A stretch of DNA of 64,000 nucleotides from Ostrea edulis (GCF_947568905.1 NC_079164.1:78182001-78246000), one strand, 5' to 3'. Counted from the first letter of the stretch, positions 22,984 through 36,385 are shown. Notes: a model not told the origin generated them from the sequence alone. Translations and numbers: made by a program.

Positions 22984-23812
22984 ACCATGCCCCCTTCAAA
23001 GGGGAGATAATAACAAAAATGCAAAAACAAAAAATAGGGTGGAGTCATTTAAAAAATCTTCTCATGAAACACTGAGTCAGAAGAGCTGAAATTTACATGA
23101 AAGCTTCTTGACATAGTGGAGATCGATTCAAATTTGTAAAAATTATGACCCCCGGGGGTAGGGTGGGGCCACAATAGGGGATCAAATATTTATATGCAAA
23201 TATATAGGGAGAATCTTTAAAGGTCTTCTTCTCTAGAACCACTGGACCATATACGAGTGGAGATTTACCTAAAGCTTCCTGGTATGAAGTAGGCTCAAGT
23301 TTATTCAGATCATGGTCCTCGAGGGTAGGTGGGTGCTACAATAAGGGATCAAAGTTTTGCATGCTGATATATATAGGAAAATCATTTTCTCCAGAACTAA
23401 TGGGTCAATTTCAACCATATTTGGTACAAATCATTCTTGGGTGAAGGGGGATTCAGGTTTGTTCAAATGAAGGATCATTCCCCATTCAAAGGGGAGATAA
23501 TAGCAAAAATAGAGTAGTCTTCTTCTCAAGAACCACTGTCGCCAGAAGAACTGAAATTTACACGAAAGCTTCCTGACAAATTAAGTGGAAATTCAAGTTT
23601 GTTAAAACCATGACCTCAGGAGTAGGGTGGGCCACAATAGGGGATCGAAGTTTTACATGCGAATATATAGGGGGAATCTTTAAAAGTCTTCTACTCAAGA
23701 ACCACTGAGCAATAAGAATGGATATTTGCCCGAAAGCGAATATGTAGGGAAAATCTTTAAATATGGGCTAACGTGACTCAGGTGAGCGATGTGGCCCATG
23801 TGCCTCTTGTCT
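22810..23812 (+). mobile_element. HINE-like element with diverged Cg170-like units
   Basis: Same architecture as 17283-18694 (gagctcacc head, (ctgt)n, ctcaggtgagcgatgtggcccatgtgcctcttgt tail). Confidence 0.8.
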
Positions 23813-24604
23813 TTGTATTCGTATCTACTTTGTGGTTCCGACACAGTCACACGCTAAATAATCCCTTACATGGCAGATATGAAGTTTTACGCATCTAGTA
23901 TGTGGATGGTTCATTTAAAGTATGAAAGTAGGGTTTATAACATTCAACTAATAGGGGGAAATCAACAAATAAGAAAGAAAAAATCTGATAAAAAATATAT
24001 GGTAAATATTATATTAATTTGAAATTCAAGGAGTAAATTGTACTGAATTTTTGTGATACTTTTGACATCACATCAATATACTGCAATCGTTTGATATTGT
24101 ACCATTGTCGTTACATGTATATACATGTAGTGTGAAAGGTTAAAAAAAATTAATAAAGTTAACGTTGAGATAACAAAAGTTGATACAGTTGTTTGTATTG
24201 CAGTTAATAAAAATGGCTAACTTTTGGAAAACAATGCCGATTGTTATTAATGTTCATTATCATTTCGCACAAATGTTATGATAATGTTATGTTTTATTCT
24301 GTTCATTATTTTGGTAAATATAAAGCGAAAAAGTATTTGGTTTCGATAAAAACTAAAATTTCACAATTTGACCCATTTGTTTTCATTAGACTCTCTGTAA
24401 TGTATGGGCATGATGAAATGAAATTAAACTTTTTTTTAAGTTCGGTGTAAGCTTCTGTGTCACTAATGGATTTCTGGTGATAAACTGAACACAGGTTTCT
24501 AGCTCTTTAAACAAGGTACCTCTGAGACGATAATCCGACATTGTCCAGGAGGGGGTCATCCGAAGTGGTCATTATCTTTAAATGAAATGACCGGTACACG
24601 GGAC

Positions 24605-27600
24605 ATGCAGGTATTGTTCTGGCTGGTGTGTGCTTTTCCGACAGGTAAGTGTCCAATATTTGCCACGTGCTTCTGTGTGCGATTCTGCCAGAGATTTTTT
24701 TATCTGTCAATATTTAACTCAACCAAATACACAAATGTTAAGGTACAGAGGTCAGGCTTATCTATGTAAGAGATAAAACTCTAGCATTGGTAAATGACTT
24801 TAATTCCTTTACAATTATTATGCTCAATAAGTATACGTTGCTTGATGTATTGTATGGTAACACAATGGATTCGGATCTTTCTATAAAGTACACATCCTGA
24901 AGCGTACCTACTACTACACCATTTGAACCGGAAGTTCCGTTCTTGATAAAAACCGTACCGTTCTCACGTCAAACCGTTCAGCGTTCCGTTCCCGTTCATT
25001 CCTTTCACACCGCTCGTTTCCGCGCAGGATCATTCGGAACTCGCGCATAATTCAGTCATCGTAGGTCAACACCGAGTTTAGTAGAGGTGGAGAGAGACTA
25101 TATAATAATTGCTTTTGACTCAACACAAGACTTTCCGTAGTTCAAAAAAAAGTTTATATATAAAAGTTTATATGTGAGCGGATCTAACATCTAATTTTGA
25201 TTATAGATTGGAAATAGCCTAATGTAAAACTTATACGGTACCAATTTTGATGCACCCGCATTTCGACAAATAATGACTCTTCAGTGATGCGATTTTTAGA
25301 TTTAAAAAAATTATATTGGTAGCATTAGAAATACACTTAAATACTACGATCCCCATGTAGCATTTAAGATGCGTATAACTGTATGAAAGGCGAAGACAAC
25401 GAACGGTGATCAATTTCATAACTCCTATAAGCAATACAAAACAGAGAGTTGGGCAAACACGGACCCCTGGATATATCAGAGGTGGGATCAGGTGCACAAA
25501 AGGAGTAAGCATCCCCTGTATTAATTTACTTTTATCCCCTTCCATTTATTTTAGATATTCATAATTTTAATTATATTAAACTTTTATATAGTTGAGGAAT
25601 TTTTTCTTTCCCACCATGAGTAAAAAGTACCGCAAGTGTCCGAAATTCAGAATTTGAAATAGAGGTTAAACCGTTCATTCCCATCTTAGTTTGGTCCTGA
25701 TTCTCATAAAGAAGGCTAGAAATACTTTTTAACGGCAAATAATTATTATTCAGTCCAGCATAGTTGTTAACATAATTAAGGTACACTGAATCCGGGAAAA
25801 AAATACTGGCCATTTTGAAAATGGCGTTAATTGGGTCAAAATGGCTCAAAGCATTCCGTTCTATATAAATCTAATTAGAATTAAAATTAGACCCCATGAT
25901 CTGCTTATCTACTACAGTTACACCTATGTGTAGCGATAGTAGATGAGCGGATCATCGGGTCTAATTTTAATTACGTTGGTTCTCGATGAAAACCGTTCGT
26001 TCCCTAGCTCAAAGCGTTCTGTTCTCGATGAAAACCGTTCCGTTCAAACTGTTCACCATTCGTTCTCCAAACAAAACCGTTCGTTCACCGTTTCACTGGT
26101 GTAGTAGTACGCTTCAGAATCTGTACCTTGCTTGACATTTGTGACGTAAATAATTACTACATATAGAGAGATAACTTTCAGAATTTTCCTTTCTGTGACC
26201 TTGACCTTTCTCCTATAACATCTTCCTTTAAAAGCAATACCAATCGATGTTTTATACAAATTATCATCTTGTAAGTTTCGTAGAATTTGGATGACATATA
26301 GTTTTTCATGTAATATTGTTCACAAAAATCCCGAATTTCCCTTCCAGTGACTTGACCTTTCACCTGTCACATTACAAACTAACAGCATATACAAAGAGTT
26401 ATTCCGGCAAGTTAATTGATAAAAATCGGGTAAAAGAGTCTCGATTCTTGTACACAATAACGGACGAACGTATACATGTGTGAATAAATGGGCAAGTTAC
26501 ATGTGTGAACAAATGGGCAAGGTACTACAAGTGTTTACTTTACAACCCTCCTTTTCACTGCAGTGTACTTTATCTGTTTTCACTGTTCACCAAATGTTTG
26601 CAGTGAATGTAACTTAAAAATGTAGCCATGATTTATCTAGAATAGTATTAAAACCACGAATTTAATACTACATGAAAACGGAATAAGACAAGAAACCGAA
26701 AATACATCAGGGTATGAACTGTGACGCTTCACGCTGTCATAAAAGTATGCCGGCGTGAAACATTGCTGTTCATACCCGCATGTGTTTTCAAAAATTAAGT
26801 TTATTTATATTTATATTCTTTCATTTCTGTTAGAATTCCCAGCCGATAAATAAATATTTATGTGTATAGATACACACAGTATTTACATTAATTTCCAATG
26901 TTTTTACCTCCGATACCTTTACCAATTAAAATAACAGTGAACAATGTGCGTATGAATCTTTCTAAATATAGTCCGACTAATTCAACGACCATGGATATTC
27001 CGTTTCATGAAAAGCATGCTGGAGGTGAAGCATTGCTGTTCATATCCTCATGTATTTTCAAAATTTTGAAATTTACCTTTTAATTGTTTACATTTATAAT
27101 GCGTTCATGAGGAAATGACTATCATTGAAATTCGTAGAACTATCAAAGGCAAAAAACATTGAAAATGTAAATATCATGGTACGTGTATATTTATTTCACT
27201 TTATCATCTCGTATGCATTGCGTTTTGATTCACTTTAAAATGATATATTTGTACTGATTTATGTGGAGCGAAGTTGAGTCAATTTTCAATTACCATGGTT
27301 CAGATTTCAAGTACAACGTGTTCATAAAATCCATTTCTGGGACACCTGGGTGTCCTTGAAGACAGACAAATAATTTGATAATTGGGCACTCGTCAACAAA
27401 GTGTTGGCAACTGCCTTGGACATTCTGACCAACATTTTTTCGTTGTCAGTCGTTGTCAGTCGTTGTCATCGTTGACCTTAGACAATTATAGTTTGTTAAT
27501 TAGGTAAACCCATGATTTTATTGCACCAACCAAGAACCCTATTATGTTGTTGTTGTTGTTTATTAGTCAAAAGCAAATACATGTACAGCTTATAGACATA

Positions 27601-30600
27601 GTATACAATGTAATAAATCTAAAATCATATAAAGGTCAAGAAAGAATAGAAATTGTGCTTATACATTGGTTATTCTAATTTCAAAGGAATTCTTAATAAA
27701 TTTACCCAGGTTACATAATTCCTTTATATTCTCTGTCGATAAAAATTGAATTAATTGAATTATATTCGAGGTGGATATCGGTTTTTTGGTGCGGTAAAAT
27801 CGTGTATTAATCGATGTCAACATACTTCAGTTCCTTTATCATTTTTGTAGATCTATTTCATTCTACTATTTTTGGAAACGAAGTCTACAATATCAATGTA
27901 GCATGGTATTTTATCAGATAATCACGTGGTATCATTACAACCAATAATTTTTTGGGGAATTACATTAAATATAATTCATATTGTCGATTTCTTCTGAAGA
28001 ACTTCTGAGCTAATTTGAATCAAACTTGACCACCCCTGTAGACGTAGATCAGAAATAAAATGTGAAAAGCACAACTGGACCATGTTAAAAACCTGAAACT
28101 TAGTGACTCAAAATTTTACATTGCTATCTGCCCTGAACACATGGCTACACCTTAAATGTCAAATTGATAAATTCAAGAATCCTCGTGATTGTAGATAAAA
28201 GTTTGTTCAAGCCAATGCTCGAAGTCACGACAGGACACGGAGGTATACATGTACAATAAGAATAAATACCAAACATTTTCTCAAGAATCAAAATTTTGTC
28301 AAATTGATGTGCAAGCATTATCTAATATAGTTCAGACTGCATGACAGTTTTTTTCACTTATGGTCCTTGAGGGTAGAGCTATACCATGGGGATATGAATG
28401 CACAATATACACATATATAGGAGTATGCAGCAAAATCCATTAAACTATCAATATTGTGGCAAATCTTACTTTGACAAATCCCCTTGACCTTTAACAGTTA
28501 GATAATATTGATTTTCACCTCTCCTTTTCTTAATTAAAAAGTGTCTTATAGAATTCAAAAGTTATGACAAAGATTAAAATTGCGGATATAGAATTAAGAA
28601 GCGTCTCAATCAAAATTAGAATTTAATTTTAATTAAATTGGGAGTGTCTAGAAGTGTCTTATAGAATTCAAAAGTTATGACAAAGATTGAAATTACGTAT
28701 ATAGAGGGTAACAAGGAGTAAGACAGGTCATTATGTTCCCGGTTTTCAATCTTCGGGGCGGGAGATTAAAACAAGATAAATATCTAGTTCGAATGTATAT
28801 ACAAACTTTTATGGGCCGATCCATTTTTTACCGGAAATGTCCGACGGTCCGACATATTTCGCGTATTCTGCAGTATGGGGAATATTATGTATCTCAAACT
28901 GCAAACAGCATTCTCCTTGCATGTACGTGCATGTGTCCAAAATGTATGTTTGACAAAATTAATCCGTAGAAGATTTCAGAAAACACTATAATGAACGATT
29001 TTCAAATCAAAAGCATTGTAACAGCGTATAAATAACTTCTCTTTGTTAGTGCTGTGTGGGCTGTGGAGCCATTCAAATTGTCCCCCTGGAAAAGAGACCA
29101 TCGTTCATCTCTTCGAGTGGAAATGGAAGGACGTGGCAACAGAATGTGAAAGAATTCTCGCACCGGCTGGGTTCTGTGGTGTACAGGTGAGATTTGGACC
29201 TGCAAGCAATATACGATTTTTTTGTTTTAGAGAAGGATAATGGCTGACATTTTTCAAAACACAAATGAAAAAATAAATACCAGCAATATATACTGTCATT
29301 TTGAATTTTATAACCTGGCGCTGTGTAGTCGAAACGACTGCTAATAAAAAAAAAAATGAAAAGACAAAAAGGTGTTGAGTGCCAAATTCTAGATCGTGAG
29401 TCCAAGTGCTGTTCTTCCTTAGTCCATATTCATAGTTAGCATCAAATTGCCATCAAGCCAATGTTTAAAAGATCTCCTGACTGTTGGTATAATGACAACC
29501 ACATTAAAGGTGAAGATAACGAACAGTGATCAATCTCATAACTCCTATAAGCAATACAAAATAGATAGTTGGGCAAATACGGACCCTTGAATACACCATA
29601 GGTGGGATCAGGTGCCTAGGAGGAGTAAGCATCACTTGTCGACCGGTCACACCCGCAGTGAGTCCTATATCTTGATCAGGTACACTGAGTTACCCGTTGT
29701 CCAAATCAGTGTGCCAAGAACGGTCTAACAATCGGTATGAAACACATCAGACAGCATTTGAGACAATGATAGGTTGTATTGGCAAACTAGATGGTTATAA
29801 CGACCATAGAATTTGCGAAATGCTGACTTTAAACGAGACTGTTGAAACCCCTGTACCATCAACTTATTTGTCAATAGCCTGCCTCGATTTAAAAACTGAC
29901 CATACGCAGAACAAGCTCTTGTTATATTTATTTTCAACTAACCATTGATGATATGTAAGGTATGAATTTTATACACAATACGTTGCGGATTTGTAGACAT
30001 TTTGCATATGAGTAAAGGATCATAAAATGTTCTAAATGTTAGTTTCCAATCCTACTTTGACCTTATACATTGTTTAAAGATTTCTCCTCCACACGAAAAC
30101 AGAATCGTCCGGCGTCCGCCTCGGCCGTGGTTTGAGCGTTATCAGCCCGTCTCTTACAAGCTGGTAACGAGGAGCGGCACTGAGCAAGAATTCCAAGACA
30201 TGGTGGTGCGCTGCAACAAAGTCGGAATCAGGTAATCACGTAGTTAAATCAAAGACACTGACCGGGTGTATCTTTCAGCATGTAAAGCGATCTAAGGGAG
30301 CGGATCAAATGATCTTAATCTAATTAGATTGGGTAATAGTATCATGATACTTTCGAAATTTGGCTCAAAGTATATAAATTTTGACTTGTGATTACTGATG
30401 CATACATCATTGAAAGTTTTACCGATACATACATTATTTAAAGTTTTACCGATACATACATTTAAAGTTTTACCGATACATACATCATCTAAAGTTTTAC
30501 CGTTACATGCTTTATTTAAAGTTTTACCGTTACATACTTTATTTAAAGTTTTACCGATATATATTTTATTTAAAGTTTTATCGAGACGTACATTATTTGG

Positions 30601-33600
30601 GGGGGGGGGGGGTCTGTTTGTTCATTTATCTATTTGGTATTTTTGGGTTTTTTCTTTTTGCAAAGAGATAAATAACGTGATTTCACTTAGAATAGCGTTA
30701 AAGTATTCAGTGTCAAACACATGGAGAATTAAGTCACTCACTGTACCCACGTAAACATTTATATAAGGGGTCCGGCACGCACTGTCACCGATTTGAACAT
30801 TTATATAAAGGAACCGGTACGCACTATCGCCGATTTTTTCAATTTTGACACATCGACTTAATTTGGCCTAAGTAATTTAAAACCATCATAATTTGGTTGC
30901 TATGCAACTCCGTTGCCATGGTAACACGTACATGCCATTCAGGTCACAAAAGATTAAATTTTACATGAAAAATGACATTTTTATTCAATTGTGCTGGATT
31001 TACACTCTTATGAAATCATTATAAAATGATGATATAAAGCATTTCTATTATGTAATTTGATATTTAGTTAAAGGCTTGAATATTTCTGTATCGTTTTCAT
31101 TCTGTCTGGAAAAGAGGGATGTTTGACACATTCTGAAAAAGCTACTTTAGAGGCAAATTAGAATGATGGATAAAAATTCCCGCATTCAGCTTGAAATCTA
31201 TAAATGCTTGTACAACATACATTAGATATAGTACTATCATATAACAATGAGACATGTTTGGGAATCTTTCTTCTAAGCTGTGTATTCATGGAAACAAAAT
31301 GATGCATTTCGTCATATGACAGTAGAGATGCATTTTGAATGCTTTAATAAATAAATGTTTATTGTCAGAAAATGATGAAGGTGCAATTTACTGGTAAATG
31401 ATTAAAAGCTGATAATTTTGCACAAGAAACTGTCGGAGGAGTTATCCACCCTTGCTAAAAACAAGAAAAATCTAATTTTAAAAAAAACTTGCTGTAAATT
31501 ATTAATTTCATTCATATTTTTATAAAAAAAAAAAAACAAAACAACAACAACAAAAGTTTGAGTAACTTTTTATTAAGGGATTTTAATGAAAGTACAATTT
31601 CTTGTAAGATATTTCTGTAAGATGTTCTTCCTATAAATGTCAATTCAAGGTAAGATACACCAAGAAGCAATGATTGTAAATGTCCATGGTGGATTATTTT
31701 TATTTGATAAACTTTTCAAAAGAATTATATAAATTTCACCATTTATTTATAAGGGATGATCGTTATACATCGAATACCTTAAGGACATTAAGATTTGGCA
31801 GGTCAGCTGAGTTGACAACAGAATTTTATATAAAAGCTTATACAAACGTTATTTATGGCATCTATAATCTTATTGCATTTTTATGAACCCATCCTTCTTA
31901 TTGTTGATTGTTCATTAATCACCTAGTAAGAAAGCGTTTACTTAACCGCTATTAATTTGTGATTAGCCTAAGGGGCAGTGGTAGCTAAGTTTTCTTTGTA
32001 GTGAGTAAAACGAAGACAACTAACATTTTCAGAATCTACGCAGATGTGACCTTGAACCATATGAGCGAAGCAGGTTCCAGTGGACTGGGCACCGGCGGGT
32101 CTTACTACAGCGACCCCTTTTACCCGGAACTCCAAATCTCTGAATCCGATTTCAACAGTGCACAAAACTGTTCAACCAAAGATTTGACTGTCCATAACTA
32201 TACTAACAAAGCAGAGGTTAGAAACTGCAGGCTGCAAGCTCTGAACGATTTGAAGATATTTTCAAATCACATACAAGAAGTACAGCTAGAGTTTTTAAAC
32301 AAGCTGATAGATATCGGAGTGGCGGGTTTTCGAATCGATGCCGCTAAACACATGTGGCCCTCTGAGCTAGAGCGTTTGTACCTCAGGTTCCATCACCTAA
32401 ATACAACATATTTTCCATTTGACACTCGCCCCTTTATTCTTCACGAAGATCTCGTAATAGATACAGTTGGACTGTCCAATGATGTTCCCGAGTACAGCAA
32501 ATTGGCTAAGGTCACCAACTACGAATATGGGTACTTTCTTGCACGGGTATTTCTGTAAGTACCATTCATATTGGAGCTTTTTATTTGCACTATTTCATAT
32601 TTGATAGGAAACATTTAAATATGATGTCTGGAGATTTTGATTGAACTTTGTATAGGTTTAAATTATGGATGGTCCCATATGTCCAGTGCTTTATAGGAAT
32701 ATTTTGTTTCTCAGAATAAATCAAACTAAGTAAATGGAGTGGACCTGACTTTATAAGTAGTAGTTGTGCTGTGAAACTAAGCCTTACAAAACAATGCCTT
32801 ATTTATGAATTGTAGAGGCCACACAGCCAATCTGAGAATTCTGACTGACTTAGAGTTGAGACCAGGTTGGTCAGCCTCTGAGGACACAATGGTTTTCATC
32901 GATGACAGTGCAAGTCAACGTGGCTATGGAACAGGTAACAGTAAATCAGATTGAAAACAATTTCACGCGGTTTTACTACATTCTTTGTACGTTGAATCTA
33001 CTCCGGTTTCTTTGGGTTTTTTTCCCTTATCCATATCAAAGTTAGCGAAACTTTCTATGGAGTTACATTTATACGCCAGTAATTAGAATTAGCAAAACTT
33101 TCTAGGGAGTCATTTTTTATACGTCGGTCTTTAGAATTAGCAAAACTTTCTAAGGGGTTATTTTTTAAAACGCCCGTCTTTAAAATTAGCATAACTTTCT
33201 AGGGAGTTATTGTTTATACGCCCGTCTTTAGGTAGGACGTACGTGCATATATGGATTTGTCGATTGTTCGTCCGTCCGTCTGTAAGGAATCAGTTGTACG
33301 GCCTTTTCCCCAATGTTTGACGTTTAGCTTTGATACACATGTGGTATACCACCTCGATATAGAATAAGTTAAGGATAATTATCATGTACAATAATATTTT
33401 GAAATCAAAAGGCTTAACATTCATTCTATATAGCCAAAAATGCAGCTTAAATAAAAGGTAATGTGGGGGAAATAAAACAACTCTTGTGAAATTCGAACTC
33501 ACGACTTGCAGACTAGGAGCCACACTTTAACACACTGAGCTAACCCGTTTGTCAATGAAGTTTAAAAGGTCAAGAAATATGATACTATATTTTTATTTTT

Positions 33601-35229
33601 CCATTTATAGTTCGTAAGGAAGTCGGTCATGATTGTGGCCCTATGAAAATTCTTCTTGTTTTAATTTTAGACTTTTTTCTTTGTTGTGTTATTGCTTTGC
33701 GTGTTGCTTCACAATGCTACTCATTGTTCATTTAAGTTGTTCAGAGTTTTCCTTTGATCTAAAAGTTTCGAAAGTAAAATACAAACCACGAAATAGGCAT
33801 CAAATTTATCGATGTATATGTAAAGAATTACAGCCGCATTTTGTATCGTTGAGGATACTCTTAGTTTAGTTGGGTTTTTTTTATTTGCTATTTGCGGTCC
33901 AAACATCAAATGTGTCCATTGTGTATTTTTCAGCGAACGTGTTGTCTAACTTTAATAATCCCCGTCTGTATAAAATGTCAACGGCTTTCATGCTCGCACA
34001 TCCATATGGATTGGTAAGAGTTATGAGTAGCTACTATTGGCCGAGGACGATGATCAACGGTACAGATGTCAATTCCTGGATGGGCCCGCCAGCATCTAAC
34101 AACATGTCTACTCTGGAAGTCTTCGACGAGAACAGTCTAGATTGTAAAAATGGATGGGCAAGTAGATATGCCAACACGCTAACTTTTGAAGATTTAAATC
34201 TGTATATCCAGTAGTATGAACATATCTACCACTGCAAACTATCTTCTCTTGAGATCTAATTGTACTTGGGAATGTGTCATTAGGAGTAAACTATCCATGT
34301 ACAAGTTGCAAAGTAGAGGTAGTATGACCATTCTTTTCTTGAGATTTAATTGTAGTTGGGAATGTGTAAACTATAAAGCAGAACTACTTTTGCTCTGATG
34401 TTAGATGTGTCGATAATCGAGTTATTTTGCTCTGATGTTAGATGTCTCGATAATCGAGTTCTTTGGCTCTGATGTTAGATGTCTCGATAATCGAGTTCTT
34501 TTTCTTTGATGTTAGATTTCTCGATAATCGAGGTTTTTTCTCTGATGTAAGATGTCTCGATAATCGAGTTATTTTGCTCTGATGTTAGATGTCTCGATAA
34601 TCGAGTTCTTTGGCTCTTATGTTAGATGTCTCGATAATCGAGTTCTTTTTTACGCTGGATAATCACCAAAAGCTGTTTTCATTTGTGCAGATTTGTGAAC
34701 ATCGATGGCGACCAATAAAGAACATGGTGGGTTTCCGGAACGCTGTTGGTAAGACCAGATTAACGTATTGGTGGAGCAACGATCAGAGACAATTTGCCTT
34801 TGCTCGACAAGGTAGAGGCTTCCTTGTCGTGAACGCAGGAAATTCTGAACTTTCCATCGGACTACTAACTACTCTACCAAGTGGCACATACTGTGACGTC
34901 ATATCTGGGGACTTTGTGAATGGTTTATGTACTGGACAGACAATAAAAGTAAACAATGCTGGACATGCAAGTTTCAGAATACATTCTCGTCAAGCGGAAC
35001 CGATGATTGCAATACATATTGGTAAGGGATAAAGACCACACTAAGCGTGATTTATGTATTACTGCACGTGTACTGGTATTTCTAGCGATACATTCAATTG
35101 TAAATTACATTTTTAACGTTTTCTAAAATCTTTTATTTTACAGGTGCTAAGTTGGGAACCTCTAATGAACAGACTTCTATTCAAAGTATTCCGAATGTTG
35201 GATCATTTCCAGGAGTCGTGGGAAAATGA
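24605..35229 (+). CDS. Alpha-amylase-like protein (GH13, animal type), ~536 aa, secreted; catalytic Asp of region IV replaced
   Basis: Exons 24605-24644 (alternative ATG 24587), 29050-29186, 30080-30231, 32033-32554, 32816-32934, 33934-34157, 34691-35021, 35144-35229 join in frame with no stops. Motifs [75 protein letters not shown]. Confidence 0.93.
24885..26129. mobile_element. Unclassified TIR element in amylase intron 1 with CCGTTC-rich ends
   Basis: Imperfect TIR aaagtacacatcctgaagcgtac..ctactacacca / aaggtacagattctgaagcgtactactacacca; contains a Penelope fragment and a hairpin. No clear TSD. Confidence 0.6.
25231..25520 (-). mobile_element. Penelope-like 3' fragment followed by a broken hammerhead (25252-25290)
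   Basis: Family 3' end (25385-25520) plus a copy of the 20709 hammerhead lacking 5 nt that include the cleavage site. Confidence 0.7.
29505..29935 (-). mobile_element. Penelope-like retroelement 3' fragment
   Basis: ORF remnant [41 protein letters not shown] plus the shared 3' end seen in about eight copies in this window. Confidence 0.8.
30405..30590. repeat. Minisatellite, ~27-bp unit (ttaaagttttaccgatacatacattat), ~7 copies
   Basis: Direct tandem copies in amylase intron 3. Confidence 0.85.
33040..33295. repeat. Four ~54-bp tandem units running into a HINE-like head
   Basis: ttagcaaaactttctagggag..ttatacgcccgtcttt repeated, then cgtccgtccgtctgt. Confidence 0.6.
34392..34650. repeat. Minisatellite, 37-bp unit GCTCTGATGTTAGATGTCTCGATAATCGAGTTATTTT, ~7 copies
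   Basis: Direct tandem copies in amylase intron 6; each holds the palindrome CTCGAT-A-ATCGAG. Confidence 0.9.
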
Positions 35230-35872
35230 AGATGTTATGTTCGATAGTTTACGAATTAAATTCTGTTTTATACTTTTTTCATCAAATATGAAATTAGCCT
35301 TTTCTAAATTCCAAAATATTTGCCAGCAAAAGTCATAATGAAGATAACGTTTTTTAGATTAGATACTGATAACAGAGAATGGAAAACTTTCAATATACTA
35401 CCTTTCAAAATAACTAAAAACTGCAAACTCCAATGGTTTCTATACATTAACGGAATTTTAGCAACAACTTCGTTTTTATTCAAAATTTTAAAAAGTGAAT
35501 TGTTAGATGTGTACGTTTTGTCACAGAGAGGAAGAGAAAATAGAACATATACTGTGAGAATGTGATTGTGTTCAAGCATTCCTAGATGAGTTTCAACTTT
35601 GCATAGAAGATAAAACAAACTTTCAAATAGTTTTTACCAAAAAAATATTTTATTTTAGGTATTCCTGGTAAAAAGTTTTGTATGCAAAATACTCTTATCC
35701 TTTGGTTGAAATACTATATTTATACAGCAAGATGTACTGAGAAATCATTGAGCATTCGTTTTGCAATATCATACTTAAAACTCTTTTATGAAACACAAAA
35801 ATTCATATTTTACAAAAATGGTGATAACGAAAAATTTAATACCAGTTAGAACAGATGGAACCTGATCTCATC

Positions 35873-35875
<3 letters not shown>

Positions 35876-35932
<57 letters not shown>
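35876..35932. repeat. (CT)n microsatellite
   Basis: Direct. Others: (CT)n 37223-37264, (GA)n 41800-41848, (TA)n 46512-46563, poly-A 16603-16641. Confidence 0.95.
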
Positions 35933-35935
<3 letters not shown>

Positions 35936-36029
35936 GTAAAAAACCAGTCTTTGTATTCCTACATGATCCTATGCATATATTGAACATGTCTTATGATATA
36001 TACAGATTGTTTACCAAAAAAAAAAAAAA

Positions 36030-36385
36030 AGAGTTGGACAGACACGGACCCCTGGACTTACCAGAAGTGGGATAGGGCTCCTAAAAAAGCATTCCCTGTC
36101 GACCGGTTGATGTTGCTAATTTGAGAAAAGTTTTGCGATTTCAAATTTACTAAAAGTTCTTTAGAATTTTTTAGAATCTACATTTGATTTACACCACTTC
36201 TGGCTATGGTAGTCGCACAGTACGTTTGAAGTTTCTCCTTCATAGCTGTAAACATTTTCGTGAGGAACAAAGATAGGGGCTTGGTAGAACACTTACTGGA
36301 TCCTGCGATATATCTTTGTTTGTAAGGGTTTTTATGTACTTTAGGAATCCAATATAGGTACGGTAACTCGTATTCATTCATCCCA
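36030..36385 (-). mobile_element. Penelope-like fragments (3' end piece and N-terminal RT piece)
   Basis: LPYLYWIPKVHKNPYKQRYIAGSSKCSTKPLS resembles the PLE RT motif region. Confidence 0.75.

Noticed and set aside
30398-30754. 118-aa ORF with KVLPIHT repeats (also the ORF at 54625-54825)
   Set aside because: Artefact of translating a minisatellite.
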